A DNA stretch of 64,000 nucleotides from Nitrospirota bacterium (GCA_963701855.1 CAVPBK010000006.1:128001-192000), one strand, 5' to 3'; counted from the first letter of the stretch, positions 52,166 to 62,495 are shown. Notes: generated by a model from the letters alone, not told the origin. Numbers and translations are program-made.

Positions 52166-52172
52166 GCCTAAC
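52166..52172 (-). mobile_element. integron core site GTTAGGC at the 5' edge of the OB/DUF488 unit
   Basis: GTTRRRY 27 bp before the ATG, same 7-mer as the attC R box; no full hairpin seen. Confidence 0.45.
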
Positions 52173-52414
52173 TAATAAGTGAGCTAGGGGGGCCATGTCG
52201 TTCAGTGGCAGCCTACCCCAGCTGCCTTCCTATTCCTAAATGCCAGAACTTCGAGGATTATCTTCCGCTTCTGAACACGTGTCAATGAGACTTCCTGGGC
52301 AGGGTTTCCACGCGCGTCGACCAAGACTTCCTACTCTATATCTCTTCGACCAAAACGGGGTATGAACCACTAACTGTGCCCGTCGAGCGGTCCCTTCCCC
52401 CACCCTAAAACAAC

Positions 52415-52536
52415 GGGGTAGGGCCTGGGTGTGTTTCGATTGCGCGCATTGAGGGAGCACCGCCCATAATTTCACTATATCAATCATTCTTGCGTGCGCA
52501 CTCAGCGAGCACGGAAACACGCCCAGGCCCTACCCC
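52415..52536. repeat. family D hairpin element overlapping a stop codon
   Basis: Arms ggggtagggcctgggtgtgtttc / gaaacacgcccaggccctacccc. Confidence 0.8.
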
Positions 52537-52922
52537 ATCACCGCCGATCCATGATGATGTATCAGCAACCACTCATCCCCGATCCGCTCGAACAGATTTG
52601 TGGCTAACACCTGAGCCTGTTGCGGTTCGTCGGATTGATGGGTGGTGATGTTCTCCACGCAGACGACCCAGGCCAAATCTCCCGCCACCTGCACCGTCAC
52701 GTCGGTCAACTCGAACGTCATAGAAAAGGTGTTATTGAAGATCAGGACCCAGGAGTCGCGGACCGAAGGCCAATCCGACCGCAACGTCCAGCCAGGATGA
52801 ATGCAAGTCACATATTCCTGGTGCGCCCAAATCTTATCCATCTCGGCAATGTCGAGGTTGCCGAATGCGGCATAGAACGCGTGGTTCGCTTTGTTCACTT
52901 CTTCAATGCGTTGTTCCAGCAT
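52530..52922 (-). CDS. SnoaL/NTF2-like protein
   Basis: ANHAFYAAF, CIHPGW, ATNLF, HHHGS. Confidence 0.88.
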   Translation of the reverse strand: MLEQRIEEVNKANHAFYAAFGNLDIAEMDKIWAHQEYVTCIHPGWTLRSDWPSVRDSWVLIFNNTFSMTFELTDVTVQVAGDLAWVVCVENITTHQSDEPQQAQVLATNLFERIGDEWLLIHHHGSAVMG

Positions 52923-53022
52923 GCGTGGCTCCTTACTTGAAACATGAGCCGTATCATACTGCAATCACAGAGATGAGGGCGAGAGAGGAATGGGGGATGA
53001 GAGAAGCAGATAAATTCGATCT

Positions 53023-53152
53023 GGCAGGCTGCTCAAAAATCCCGCCAGCAAGGCCGCAGCCGATGAAAGCACCGGAGGCGTAGCCTCTGGGCTACGTTGA
53101 GGATGCTTTCGAGGGGAGAACGCCGCTGGTGGGTTTTTTCAGCAGTCTGCTA
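53023..53152. mobile_element. family B element
   Basis: gcaggctgctcaaaaatcccgccagcaaggccgcag...gctggtgggttttttcagcagtctgc. Confidence 0.75.
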
Positions 53153-54046
53153 AAGGCGGGAGGTTTGCCGATCCACCACCCACACTCCGGCTAGGATCAA
53201 CGCAATGCCGAGGATTTCACTCGTGCCCACTGATTCGTTCAACATCACCGCAGATAGGACGATGGCGGCCACAGGCGTCAAATTGCCAAAGACGGAGGCG
53301 CGAGAAGGCCCAATGCCCTTCACGCCATATAACCACGCCTGTTGCGCGATAGCCGTGGCGAACAGGACCAGATACCCCAGCGCCATCCAATCCGCCGGCG
53401 ACACGGACCCGAGTCCCCCATCCAGCATCTTGCGATCCATCCACAACAAAGGAATTTGGAGAACCGTTGCGACGAGCAATGTCGTCCAATTGACAGTGAG
53501 GGCCGAGTGGCGCTCCATAAGCTGCCGGCTGCCGATACTGTAGAGGGCCCAACTGACCACGCCGAGAAAAACCAGCAGGCTGCCGAGAAGCGGCTGATCG
53601 CCCGCGGTCTGGAAGCCCGCCACTGAGACCAACCCCACCCCCGCGAAAGACAGGAGACCGCCCGCCCACAAGGCGCGCAACGGAACATCCCGAATCAACA
53701 TGGCCGAGAGCAGCGCAGTCACCACCGGACTCGATCCGATGATCACCCCGCCCACGGCCCCGCTCACATATTTGAGCCCCATCATAATGAACAGATGGTT
53801 GCCCAACACACCGAGCCCGAGCAGTCCCAACAGACGCGCATCCGCCTTGGTCAGTTTGGCCAAGGTGCCTTCCTGCCACCACCACATGGTCAGGAGAATC
53901 GCCAACCCACCGATGTCCCGCAGGACCGAAGCTTCAACAGCGGAGAATCCGCTCAGAGCCAGCTTCTGGGCCACAATCGACCCGCCCCAAAGCACAGCGG
54001 CAGCGATAATCGCTCCGTAGGCCAGGCGGTTTGTCTGAGGTGTCAT
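53150..54046 (-). CDS. DMT/EamA family transporter
   Basis: About 10 TM, two EamA repeats, GPSRASVF.NLTPV. Confidence 0.9.
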   Translation of the reverse strand: MTPQTNRLAYGAIIAAAVLWGGSIVAQKLALSGFSAVEASVLRDIGGLAILLTMWWWQEGTLAKLTKADARLLGLLGLGVLGNHLFIMMGLKYVSGAVGGVIIGSSPVVTALLSAMLIRDVPLRALWAGGLLSFAGVGLVSVAGFQTAGDQPLLGSLLVFLGVVSWALYSIGSRQLMERHSALTVNWTTLLVATVLQIPLLWMDRKMLDGGLGSVSPADWMALGYLVLFATAIAQQAWLYGVKGIGPSRASVFGNLTPVAAIVLSAVMLNESVGTSEILGIALILAGVWVVDRQTSRL

Positions 54047-54090
54047 AATCAATGGCTACAGTCTTGTTGGTGGAGGCAAGCGATGTACGT

Positions 54091-54735
54091 TCAGGATTTA
54101 GGCCTGATGACCAAGACACCGTCCCTGATGGTGACCAGCACTGCTATGACACGCGGATCAGACGCGACCACTCGATTCAATTCTTGAATGGCCGCCGTTT
54201 TCTCGTCGGGCGCAGGCTGTTTCAGCACATCCCCGTCCCACAGGACGTTATCGATAAGAATGACCCCCCGCGGCGACAGCAAATCAAGCGATCGCCGGTA
54301 GTAGTTCACATAGTTGACTTTGTCGGCGTCGATGAAGATCAGATCGAACGGTCCCTTGAGCTGCCGCATCGTCTCAAGCGCCGGCCCCATGCGGATCTCG
54401 ATCTTCTTCCCGATCGGCAATTGCGCGAAATACTGGCGCGCGAGGGCGGCTGACTCCTCATCGACTTCGCAAGTGATCACTGTTCCATCCGCCGGTAACG
54501 CTTCTGCAAAACAGAGGGCGCTATAGCCGGTGAACATCCCGATTTCCAACACGCTGGTCGCCTGCACCAGCTGCGCCATCATCTTCAGAAAGGCTCCTTC
54601 GAGCGGCCCGACGATCATCTGCGGGGACTCCATGCGCCGCTGAGTCTCTTCCCGCAAGGCACAGCAGAGGTCCGACTCCGGCATGGAGTGGGCCTGGGCA
54701 TAGGCCTCGATGTCGACAGACAGGAGTTTACTCAT
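54091..54735 (-). CDS. O-methyltransferase (CCoAOMT/methyltransferase_3 family)
   Basis: LEIGMFTGYS, FDLIFIDADK, DNVLWDG. Confidence 0.92.
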   Translation of the reverse strand: MSKLLSVDIEAYAQAHSMPESDLCCALREETQRRMESPQMIVGPLEGAFLKMMAQLVQATSVLEIGMFTGYSALCFAEALPADGTVITCEVDEESAALARQYFAQLPIGKKIEIRMGPALETMRQLKGPFDLIFIDADKVNYVNYYRRSLDLLSPRGVILIDNVLWDGDVLKQPAPDEKTAAIQELNRVVASDPRVIAVLVTIRDGVLVIRPKS

Positions 54736-54846
54736 CGTTCTGTGCAACTATGGGTTTGAAAACGGATAGTTCGTTGCGTACACTACATCACAAGATGCAA
54801 ATCGGCGCGATCATAGCATGACGATTCCTGAAGGAAACACTCTACT

Positions 54847-56379
54847 GTGAAAACCCTGAAGACCGTGGAAGCCTTGACGACCAGACTCTTGGAAGTCCAG
54901 CGCATTAACAGCGCGGCCTCACTCCTCTCGTGGGATCAAGAAACCTACATGCCGGCCGGCGGGGGCGAGGCCCGCGCCGAACAGATTTCAACGCTCCAGG
55001 GCATCGCACACCAAAAGCTCGTCTCGCCGGAGGTTGAACAGTTACTCGCCAGCTGGGTCGATCCAGAGACCGGTGAGATCCGTGACAGCCCAGGTGAAAC
55101 TTGGGACGAGCCCGCTCGATCGTTACTCCGCGAAGTGTGGCGTGACTATAGCCGTGCGAAGAAACTGCCCTCGGACTTTGTCATCAAGCTCAGCCGGGAA
55201 TGTTCACTGGCGCAGCAGGTCTGGGCCGAAGCGAAGGAAAATCACGCCTTCTCGCAATTTCTTCCGAATCTCCGCACGGTCCTGTCACTCAAGCGAGAAG
55301 AGGCCGAGTATCTTGGCTACCGAGACTCGCCATACAATGCCTTACTCGATGTCTACGAACCGGATTCCACCATCGCGGCATTGCGTCCGTTGTTTGCACA
55401 AATCAAGGAGCGGCTTGTGCCGCTGCTCAAAAAAATTCAGCAGAGTTCGGTTCAGATCGACGATACGATTCTATTTCACACCTTCGATCAAGCGCGCCAA
55501 CTGGAGTTTGGCCGCATGGTCTTGATCGCCATGGGATATGATTTTGAACGGGGGCGCCTCGACCTGTCGGCACACCCCTTCACGACATCATTCCATCCGA
55601 CAGATGTGCGCGTCACGACTCGTGTGCACGAACACGACCTCCAATCCTGCCTGTTCAGTTGTATCCATGAAGGCGGCCATGGGCTGTACGACCAAGGCCT
55701 CGACCCCCGCTACTTCGGCACACCGCTGGGCGATTCGGTCTCGCTCGGCATTCATGAAAGCCAATCACGCATGTGGGAGAACTGCGTGGGCCGGTCTCGA
55801 CCGTTCTGGCGTTTCTTTTACCCCATGCTGCAGCAGACTTTTCATCATCAATTGCGCGCCCTCGACGTGGAACAATTCTACGCGGCCATTAATCGCGTGA
55901 GGCCGTCGCTGATCCGGGTCGAGGCCGATGAGCTTACCTACAATCTCCACATCATGCTGCGGTTCGAAATCGAGCAGGATCTCATTGAAGGCCGGACACG
56001 TCCGGAAGACTTGCCGGGGATCTGGAACCAAAAAATGGAGGAATACCTGGGCATCGTTCCCTCCAACGATGCGGAAGGCGTGCTGCAAGACGTCCATTGG
56101 TCGTTTGGCGCCTTCGGTTATTTCCCGACGTACACGCTGGGAAACCTCTACTCCGTTCAATTCTATGAACAGGCCAAACTGGAGATCCCCCATCTGGAGG
56201 ATGAAATTGCAGCAGGACAATTGATGGTGCTGCAGCGTTGGCTCGGACAGAAGATTCATCGCTGGGGCCGGATGTTCACACCGGATCACCTCTCCCGACG
56301 AGTAACGGGAAGGAGCCTCGATCCTGAACCGTTCCTCTCCTATGTAGAACGGAAGTATGGAGAGCTCTACCACCTCTAG
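54847..56379 (+). CDS. carboxypeptidase Taq (peptidase M32)
   Basis: HPF, DVRVTT, HEGGH, HESQSR, IRVEADE, QDVHW, YFPTYTLG. Confidence 0.96.
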   Translation: MKTLKTVEALTTRLLEVQRINSAASLLSWDQETYMPAGGGEARAEQISTLQGIAHQKLVSPEVEQLLASWVDPETGEIRDSPGETWDEPARSLLREVWRDYSRAKKLPSDFVIKLSRECSLAQQVWAEAKENHAFSQFLPNLRTVLSLKREEAEYLGYRDSPYNALLDVYEPDSTIAALRPLFAQIKERLVPLLKKIQQSSVQIDDTILFHTFDQARQLEFGRMVLIAMGYDFERGRLDLSAHPFTTSFHPTDVRVTTRVHEHDLQSCLFSCIHEGGHGLYDQGLDPRYFGTPLGDSVSLGIHESQSRMWENCVGRSRPFWRFFYPMLQQTFHHQLRALDVEQFYAAINRVRPSLIRVEADELTYNLHIMLRFEIEQDLIEGRTRPEDLPGIWNQKMEEYLGIVPSNDAEGVLQDVHWSFGAFGYFPTYTLGNLYSVQFYEQAKLEIPHLEDEIAAGQLMVLQRWLGQKIHRWGRMFTPDHLSRRVTGRSLDPEPFLSYVERKYGELYHL

Positions 56380-56713
56380 CGGCTGCAGAAAAAAATCTAT
56401 GGGCACATCGGACTTCATGGAGCCGAACGTCTAGGACAAGAAGAGCATGCCACGCAGGATGTTCAAAAAGTTCGTCCAGCAAGGCCGCAGCGAGTGAAGG
56501 CCCGAGGAGGTACAGACCGCACTTCTGTGTGGGCCGTTCGCCCCTATAATGGATCTTGGCGAACGGAAAAGTCCCTCCAATGTTTCTGACCTTCGAGAGA
56601 CTCCTCCTCAACGTTGAGGATCTGACGATGCGAGAGCGCCGCATGGGAATAGGCGCGTCTCGGCGCGCCTGGGTTGGGCGGGTGAGAAGAGCGACTTTTT
56701 CAGCGTCCTGCCA
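56377..56713. mobile_element. composite family B element with nested inserts
   Basis: gcaggatgttcaaaaag..caaggccgcag..acgttgag..ctttttcagcgtcctgc; shares modules with 39490-39550 and 30815-30860. Confidence 0.7.
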
Positions 56714-56721
56714 GCGGGAGG

Positions 56722-57285
56722 CTAATATCCCATCGCTTGATTGAGCCTAGCCAGCACCGCTGTAGGCAATATGAACTCCGCCTGCACCTCAATGCGAGAC
56801 GGCACCAAGATCGTCGTATGGAAAACGATATCGCGGATCGGGATCTTAAACTCCGGTTGTTGGGGGGTGCTCAATTCGACTGACTCGACCGACAGGGTGA
56901 TCGCCCCGCTATCTTGAGGCCCATACACCGTCACGACCGCCTTCAGAATCTCTAGGACCTTCTCGTTCGTCTCAACCCCTTCAATGCCCTTTTCCAGCAA
57001 CGGAATGACCTCTTCCTGCGCCTGGTCGGACAGCGTGAAGTTTTCCACCTGTTCTTTCCGGCGCAGCGACATGAGGTCGTTATCGAGATCCTTGCTGAAA
57101 GCCCCATAGGCAAACCGAAAGAACTCAAAATGAAAACCTTTGAAGCTTTTGCCGAACATCTGCAGCTCACACAAAAAGCATAATTGTTGCAGTTTTACGT
57201 CGCTGAGCAGCCCGTAGGGCTCCGCCAGATGCAGGACGTAGAGCAAGAGAGCCCGGTCGACCGTAATCTGATTGGGTTGTCTCAT
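56722..57285 (-). CDS. hypothetical protein, Panacea/SocA (DUF4065)-like
   Basis: KLQQLCFL...FEFFRFAYGAFSKDL resembles the KLQKLLY...F....GP.S pattern. Confidence 0.55.
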   Translation of the reverse strand: MRQPNQITVDRALLLYVLHLAEPYGLLSDVKLQQLCFLCELQMFGKSFKGFHFEFFRFAYGAFSKDLDNDLMSLRRKEQVENFTLSDQAQEEVIPLLEKGIEGVETNEKVLEILKAVVTVYGPQDSGAITLSVESVELSTPQQPEFKIPIRDIVFHTTILVPSRIEVQAEFILPTAVLARLNQAMGY

Positions 57286-57440
57286 ACTGGTAGTTGCGCG
57301 AACGTTCTGCCGCTTGGAGGGCTGCACTATAGACAGCGGCGGAGATCTCCGTCAATTCCTCCCTTTAAGGCACGTGCGGCTTGAAGCCCCTTGACCGGAT
57401 GATCAGTTTGGTCTTTAATGAGCCTCATCGGAGGCCTGTC

Positions 57441-57875
57441 TTGACAAATACACGTGTAAAAGAAATGCAGGCATTAAAGGAACACCTGGGTAAGCATCAG
57501 CTCAAGCTCACCCGCCAACGCGAATTGATTCTGAACGCCTTCCTCCGGCAAGAACACATTACAGCGGAGGCCATGTATCACCAGCTGGCTAAGTCAGATC
57601 CTCATCTGGGGCTCGCAACCATCTATCGGACACTCAATCTGTTCTGCGATGCCGGCCTTGCGCAAGCCCGGCATTTCGGCTCTCAGACGAAATACGACAA
57701 CGTCTCCCATAAAGGCCACCACGATCACCTCATCTGCACCGGATGCGAGAAGATCGTGGAATTTGAAAACGAAGAAATCGAGCGGCTCCAGGAAGAAGTA
57801 GCCACCCGGAACGGATTTACCATCAAAACCCACCGACTTGAGCTGTACGGCCTCTGTTCTCGCTGCCGTCATTGA
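57441..57875 (+). CDS. fur: ferric uptake regulator family protein
   Basis: LTRQR, GLATIYRTL, HHDHLICTGC, LYGLCSRC; RBS ggagg before TTG 57441. Confidence 0.93.
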   Translation: MTNTRVKEMQALKEHLGKHQLKLTRQRELILNAFLRQEHITAEAMYHQLAKSDPHLGLATIYRTLNLFCDAGLAQARHFGSQTKYDNVSHKGHHDHLICTGCEKIVEFENEEIERLQEEVATRNGFTIKTHRLELYGLCSRCRH

Positions 57876-57900
57876 CGAACCAACTTTTTTTCAGTATCAT

Positions 57901-57920
57901 TTTGAGACAGTTTATCAATT
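57901..57920 (+). promoter_or_regulatory. putative Fur box
   Basis: TGAGACAGTTTATCA, 7-1-7-like, between fur and the Fe ABC operon. Confidence 0.55.
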
Positions 57921-57942
57921 TCAATTCCATGAGGATCTCCAC

Positions 57943-58983
57943 ATGTTACTTACATGCTCCGTGCCCACATTATGTCGAACGATCCTCTCAAGCCTCCTTC
58001 TACTCTTTGCGGCCGGAACCTTTGTGCCCTCGGCCCAGGCTGCCGATACCCTCACGATTTACTCCGGTCGCTCGGAACGTCTCATCAAGCCGGTGCTCGA
58101 CGCCTTTACAACAAATACCGGCATTCAAATCGAGCTGTTGTCATCCGGCACGACGGAATTGGTCAATCGGCTGAAGGCTGAAGGCGATCGCACATCGGCA
58201 GATCTCTTGATCACCAATGACGCCGGCAGTTTGGAACTAGCCCGGGCAGCCGGCCTCCTCCATCCATTGAATATGCGGGAAGTTGACCGCGCCATCCCAC
58301 CCCAGTTTCGAGCATCGGATAATGCCTGGGTGGGACTTTCCGGACGATTCTGGATCGTGGTGTATAACACCACGATGGTAAAACCTGACCAAATAAAGTC
58401 GCTCCTCGACCTTGCCGATCCGAAATGGAAAGATAAGATTGCAATTCCGAATTCCGGCAGCGAGTATCTGCAAGCAGGCGTGTCGGTCATCCGCGCCACC
58501 TATGGCGATGAGAAGACCAGGCAGTTTCTGCAAGGCCTCAAAACCAATGCGGACAACCAGGTCTACCAGAAAAGCTCACAAATCGTGGATGCTGTCGCCA
58601 AGGGGCAAGTTGCCTTGGGTATCGTGAATCACTACTACGTGTACCGTCATCTGGCTGCTCAGCCAGGGGCGCCGATCGCGGTGGTGATGCCGGATCAGCA
58701 AGAAGGCGGCATGGGGGCGATCATGAACGTAGCCGGCGTCGGTATCATCAAGTCGACCAAGCGCCTCGATAGCGCCAAGCTGCTCGTGGAATTCTTAGTT
58801 GCTCAAGCAGGACAGAAGTTATTTGCGGAACTCGACAAGGAATATCCTCTCCACCAGGATGTAAAGGCAGACCCAGCGCTCGTAGACCGAAAGAGTTTCC
58901 GCGCGGCGCTGGTCCCCCTATCCAAGCTGGCTGAACTGCGCGAGCCAACTATCACATTGATCGAACAAGTGGGTCTCCGGTAA
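57943..58983 (+). CDS. Fe3+ ABC transporter substrate-binding protein (FbpA/FutA-like)
   Basis: LTIYSGR, AEGD.T.AD, GIVNHYY, EYPL. Confidence 0.92.
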   Translation: MLLTCSVPTLCRTILSSLLLLFAAGTFVPSAQAADTLTIYSGRSERLIKPVLDAFTTNTGIQIELLSSGTTELVNRLKAEGDRTSADLLITNDAGSLELARAAGLLHPLNMREVDRAIPPQFRASDNAWVGLSGRFWIVVYNTTMVKPDQIKSLLDLADPKWKDKIAIPNSGSEYLQAGVSVIRATYGDEKTRQFLQGLKTNADNQVYQKSSQIVDAVAKGQVALGIVNHYYVYRHLAAQPGAPIAVVMPDQQEGGMGAIMNVAGVGIIKSTKRLDSAKLLVEFLVAQAGQKLFAELDKEYPLHQDVKADPALVDRKSFRAALVPLSKLAELREPTITLIEQVGLR

Positions 58984-58999
58984 CTCGAAGGGACCCATC

Positions 59000-60583
59000 G
59001 TGAACACGAATCGCCACCAACTTGTTTCGCCACTGCAACTCGTTGCCTTGGCTACTGCCGGAATTATTCTCCTCCCGCTCGGCTATGTCACCGCACAAGC
59101 CCTCTCAGCCGATCCAGTTGTCTGGAGCCGTTTGTGGGCGACTCGCATTCCCGAGCTGCTGTTCAACACCGTCTCGCTGGCTGGCAGCGTGTCGGTCATC
59201 ACGCTAGTCCTCGGCGTCTCGACTGCCTGGCTGGTGACACGCGTAGAGTTTCCTGGTCGCAGACTGTGGGAGGGCGCCTTGGTCCTTCCATTGGCAATGC
59301 CGACCTATGTGCTGGCCTATGTTTATTCCTACCTCTTGGGATTCGGCGGCCCTGTCGAGCATCTCTGGCAACTACTGGCCGGACCCCAGGCGAGAATCTT
59401 TTCTCCCCATAGTTACTGGGGCGCGACACTCGTGATGGCATTGGATACCTTTCCCTTCGTCTATCTCCTCAGTCGGAGTGCGCTTCTCAGCATGAACGTG
59501 TCGTTCGAAGAGGTGGCACGGGCCAGCGGCGTTTCCCGTCTCTCGACTCTCTGGCGCGTGACGCTGCCGCTGATGCGTCCTTCGATCGCCGCCGGGGTTG
59601 CGCTCGTCATCTTGTACGTCGTGTCGGACTTCGGTGCGGTGTCATTGCTTCGCTACCAGACGCTCACCTATGCCGTGTTTCAGCAGATGACCGGACGATC
59701 CGACAATACCGCAGCGAGCATCTTGAGTCTCCTGCTGGTCGCGCTGGCACTGATTTTCCTGATCACTGAACGGTGGTTCCGACAACGGAGCCGGTTTTAT
59801 CAGACTACAGGCCGCTACCGAGCTCCTCAACGGCGCCAATATGGCTGGCTTGGCACCGCCGCCGTCACCGGCTATCTCGGGCTGATCATCGGTACAGCCT
59901 TCGCACTCCCAACCTCGCTATTGATTCAATGGAGCCTGTCGCCAGAGGCGCAGGCTACACTCGACAGCCGATTCTTCGGGTTCGTCTGGAACAGCGGCAT
60001 CCTGGCTGCCTGTGCCGCCACAGGTGGCGTATTGATCGGCTTGCCGCTGGCCTACCTGGCCAGCCGCCGCCCGACTGTGCTGAATCTGGGCTGTCTGCAA
60101 GCCGCCTATGCTGGCTATGTGCTTCCAGGACCGGTGGCGGCACTGGCTGTCCTCGTCCTCTTTACCAAGCTGGCTCCGGTGTTCTACGGCTCAGTACTGA
60201 TCCTCATCGTGGCCTACGTGATTCATTTTCTCCCAGCCGGCCTCCAGTCTCTGGAGCCGGCGCTCCAGCATATGTCGCCAAATCTGGAAGAAGTCGCACG
60301 CACACTGGGCCTTGGAATGCGTGACACCTGGCGACGGGTAACACTGCCACTTATTCGGAACGGATTTGTCGTAGCCTGGGTTTTGATATTTCTACAGACG
60401 ATGAAGGAATTACCTGCGACTCTTTTGTTGCGGCCGGTGGGATTCGACACCCTGGCCATTCGTGTCTGGATGGAAGCGAGCGAGGAATATTATCAGCTCG
60501 CCGCCCCCTCCGCGCTCCTCATTGTCTTACTAAGTCTCCCGGCACTGGTCTTGTTGGTCTCCAAAGATTGGCGCGCAGGATAG
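59000..60583 (+). CDS. Fe3+ ABC transporter permease (FbpB-like)
   Basis: Two EAA loops, LPLAMPTYV, MKELPATLLLRP. Confidence 0.93.
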   Translation: MNTNRHQLVSPLQLVALATAGIILLPLGYVTAQALSADPVVWSRLWATRIPELLFNTVSLAGSVSVITLVLGVSTAWLVTRVEFPGRRLWEGALVLPLAMPTYVLAYVYSYLLGFGGPVEHLWQLLAGPQARIFSPHSYWGATLVMALDTFPFVYLLSRSALLSMNVSFEEVARASGVSRLSTLWRVTLPLMRPSIAAGVALVILYVVSDFGAVSLLRYQTLTYAVFQQMTGRSDNTAASILSLLLVALALIFLITERWFRQRSRFYQTTGRYRAPQRRQYGWLGTAAVTGYLGLIIGTAFALPTSLLIQWSLSPEAQATLDSRFFGFVWNSGILAACAATGGVLIGLPLAYLASRRPTVLNLGCLQAAYAGYVLPGPVAALAVLVLFTKLAPVFYGSVLILIVAYVIHFLPAGLQSLEPALQHMSPNLEEVARTLGLGMRDTWRRVTLPLIRNGFVVAWVLIFLQTMKELPATLLLRPVGFDTLAIRVWMEASEEYYQLAAPSALLIVLLSLPALVLLVSKDWRAG

Positions 60584-60786
60584 CAGGATGCTGAAAAACT
60601 ATGTTGAGACAGCGAGAACTTCGATAGGCACACATGTGGGGCAACAGGAAAGCATCGCGAAGGATGCTCAAAAAGACCGTCCAGCAAGGCCGCAGGCGAG
60701 TCGAAACCGGAGGCGTACCCTCTTGGGGTACGTTGAGGATTTCGGTGAGCCGAGAACGAAGCTGGCGGACTTTTTCAGCATCCTGG
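60581..60786. mobile_element. composite family B element
   Basis: tagcaggatgctgaaaa..ggatgctcaaaaagaccgtccagcaaggccgcag..gctggcggactttttcagcatcctg. Confidence 0.8.
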
Positions 60787-60807
60787 TAGAGAAAGGATCG
60801 TGATTCC

Positions 60808-61932
60808 GTGATCTCCGACCATTCCACTGCGCCACGCCCATCCGGGAAGGGCACATTCCAAGGCAACCTCTTTACACCCGCCTCCTCGATCTTGGAACTT
60901 CGCCACGTCTCCTGCGCCTACGAAACCGGCCGCCCAGCGGTCCAGGAAGTCTCATTCGCGGCAAGGGAGAGTGAAATTCTCTGCCTGCTCGGCCCCTCTG
61001 GATGCGGGAAAACGACAATTCTTCGGGCGATCGCTGGATTTGAACCAGTTCGCTCCGGCCAGATTTTCTTATCCGGCCAGCTCGTGTCGTCATCGGACAC
61101 GATGACCCCTACGGAGACCCGGCGCGTCGGGATGGTCTTTCAAGAATATGCGCTGTTTCCCCATCTGCGTGTACAGGACAACATCGCATTCGGCCTCCGC
61201 CATCTCGCTCGAAGCGTTCGCTCCGAGCAGGTCCAGGAGATGCTGCGCCTCACAGGACTAGAGGGATTCGAGCGGCGGTATCCGCACGAATTATCGGGTG
61301 GCCAACAACAACGGGTCGCGCTGGCTCGCGCCCTCGTTCAAAATCCTGTCGTGCTGCTGCTCGACGAGCCGTTCAGCAATTTGGACCCTGACATGGCCGG
61401 ACGCATGCGCCAAGAGTTGCACGACCTGTTACGCCGGACGAAAACAACGACCGTGCTCGTCACACACGATCATGACGAAGCCTTTGCCATGGCCGACCGG
61501 ATTGCCGTGCTCAACCAGGGCCGCTTGGAACAGTTCGATACGCCGGAAATCATGTACCACATGCCGGCCACGCCCTTCGTAGCCGACTTTGTCGGTCAGG
61601 CGGACTTCATTCCTGGAACCGTGTCTCAAGGCATGGTCCACACCGAACTGGGAGAGTTCCCCAACACGATCGAGTGCAAAGACGGCACCGCCGTGGTCGT
61701 CATGATTCGGCCGGACGACATTCACCTCGTCCCCACGGAAGGCGCCCGCGCACGCGTCATCTCTCGCCAGTTCCATGGCTCAGAGAATCTGTACGCGGTC
61801 AGTCTCCCATCCGGTCAAATTGTCCATAGCAGTCAAGGTTCCACGAGCGTCTATCAGGCAGGCACGACGGTGGAACTCCGTGTCTTGGCTACCCATACGG
61901 TGCTGTTTCGGCGAGAGGAATCCACCGGATAG
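60808..61932 (+). CDS. Fe3+ ABC transporter ATP-binding protein (FbpC-like)
   Basis: [30 protein letters not shown]-like tail. Confidence 0.93.
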   Translation: MISDHSTAPRPSGKGTFQGNLFTPASSILELRHVSCAYETGRPAVQEVSFAARESEILCLLGPSGCGKTTILRAIAGFEPVRSGQIFLSGQLVSSSDTMTPTETRRVGMVFQEYALFPHLRVQDNIAFGLRHLARSVRSEQVQEMLRLTGLEGFERRYPHELSGGQQQRVALARALVQNPVVLLLDEPFSNLDPDMAGRMRQELHDLLRRTKTTTVLVTHDHDEAFAMADRIAVLNQGRLEQFDTPEIMYHMPATPFVADFVGQADFIPGTVSQGMVHTELGEFPNTIECKDGTAVVVMIRPDDIHLVPTEGARARVISRQFHGSENLYAVSLPSGQIVHSSQGSTSVYQAGTTVELRVLATHTVLFRREESTG

Positions 61933-62063
61933 GTATCGCAGCCAATCCGACCAATCGCACGAGAGCATTGACAGGCTTTTTCACGATCTGGCATTGATAG
62001 ACCCTCACGACGGTCTCTAGCCTACCAGTTCGTGAATTACTGAGTGATAATGAGGCATCGTCT

Positions 62064-62495
62064 ATGAACGCGCTACAAAGCCTGGTCGATTATGGAGTCA
62101 TCGGACTCCTGCTAGCGCTCAGCGTCTGGACGGTCGCCATTGCGGTGGAGCGGTGGCTCTTTTACCGCCGTGTCGATCTCGCTCAATACCCCAGCAGCCT
62201 GGGATTGGAGATGGCTTTGACCAAACACCTGGTCATCATCGGCACGGTAGCCGCGAACGCCCCATATATCGGTTTGCTGGGCACCGTGCTCGGTATCATG
62301 CTCACCTTCCATACGATGGGGACCTCCGGCACCATGGCCGTCAATGCCATCATGATCGGGCTCAGCCTTGCGCTGAAGGCTACGGCGGTCGGACTGATGG
62401 TTGCAATTCCCTGCGTCGTCATGAATAACATACTCCGGCGGAAGGTGGCGGAACTTCTCGCCCGACACAAGGAACAGCATGCAGCGGGACATTGA
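62064..62495 (+). CDS. exbB: ExbB proton channel
   Basis: NAPYIGLLGTVLGIM, ALKATAVGL.VAIP. Confidence 0.92.
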   Translation: MNALQSLVDYGVIGLLLALSVWTVAIAVERWLFYRRVDLAQYPSSLGLEMALTKHLVIIGTVAANAPYIGLLGTVLGIMLTFHTMGTSGTMAVNAIMIGLSLALKATAVGLMVAIPCVVMNNILRRKVAELLARHKEQHAAGH

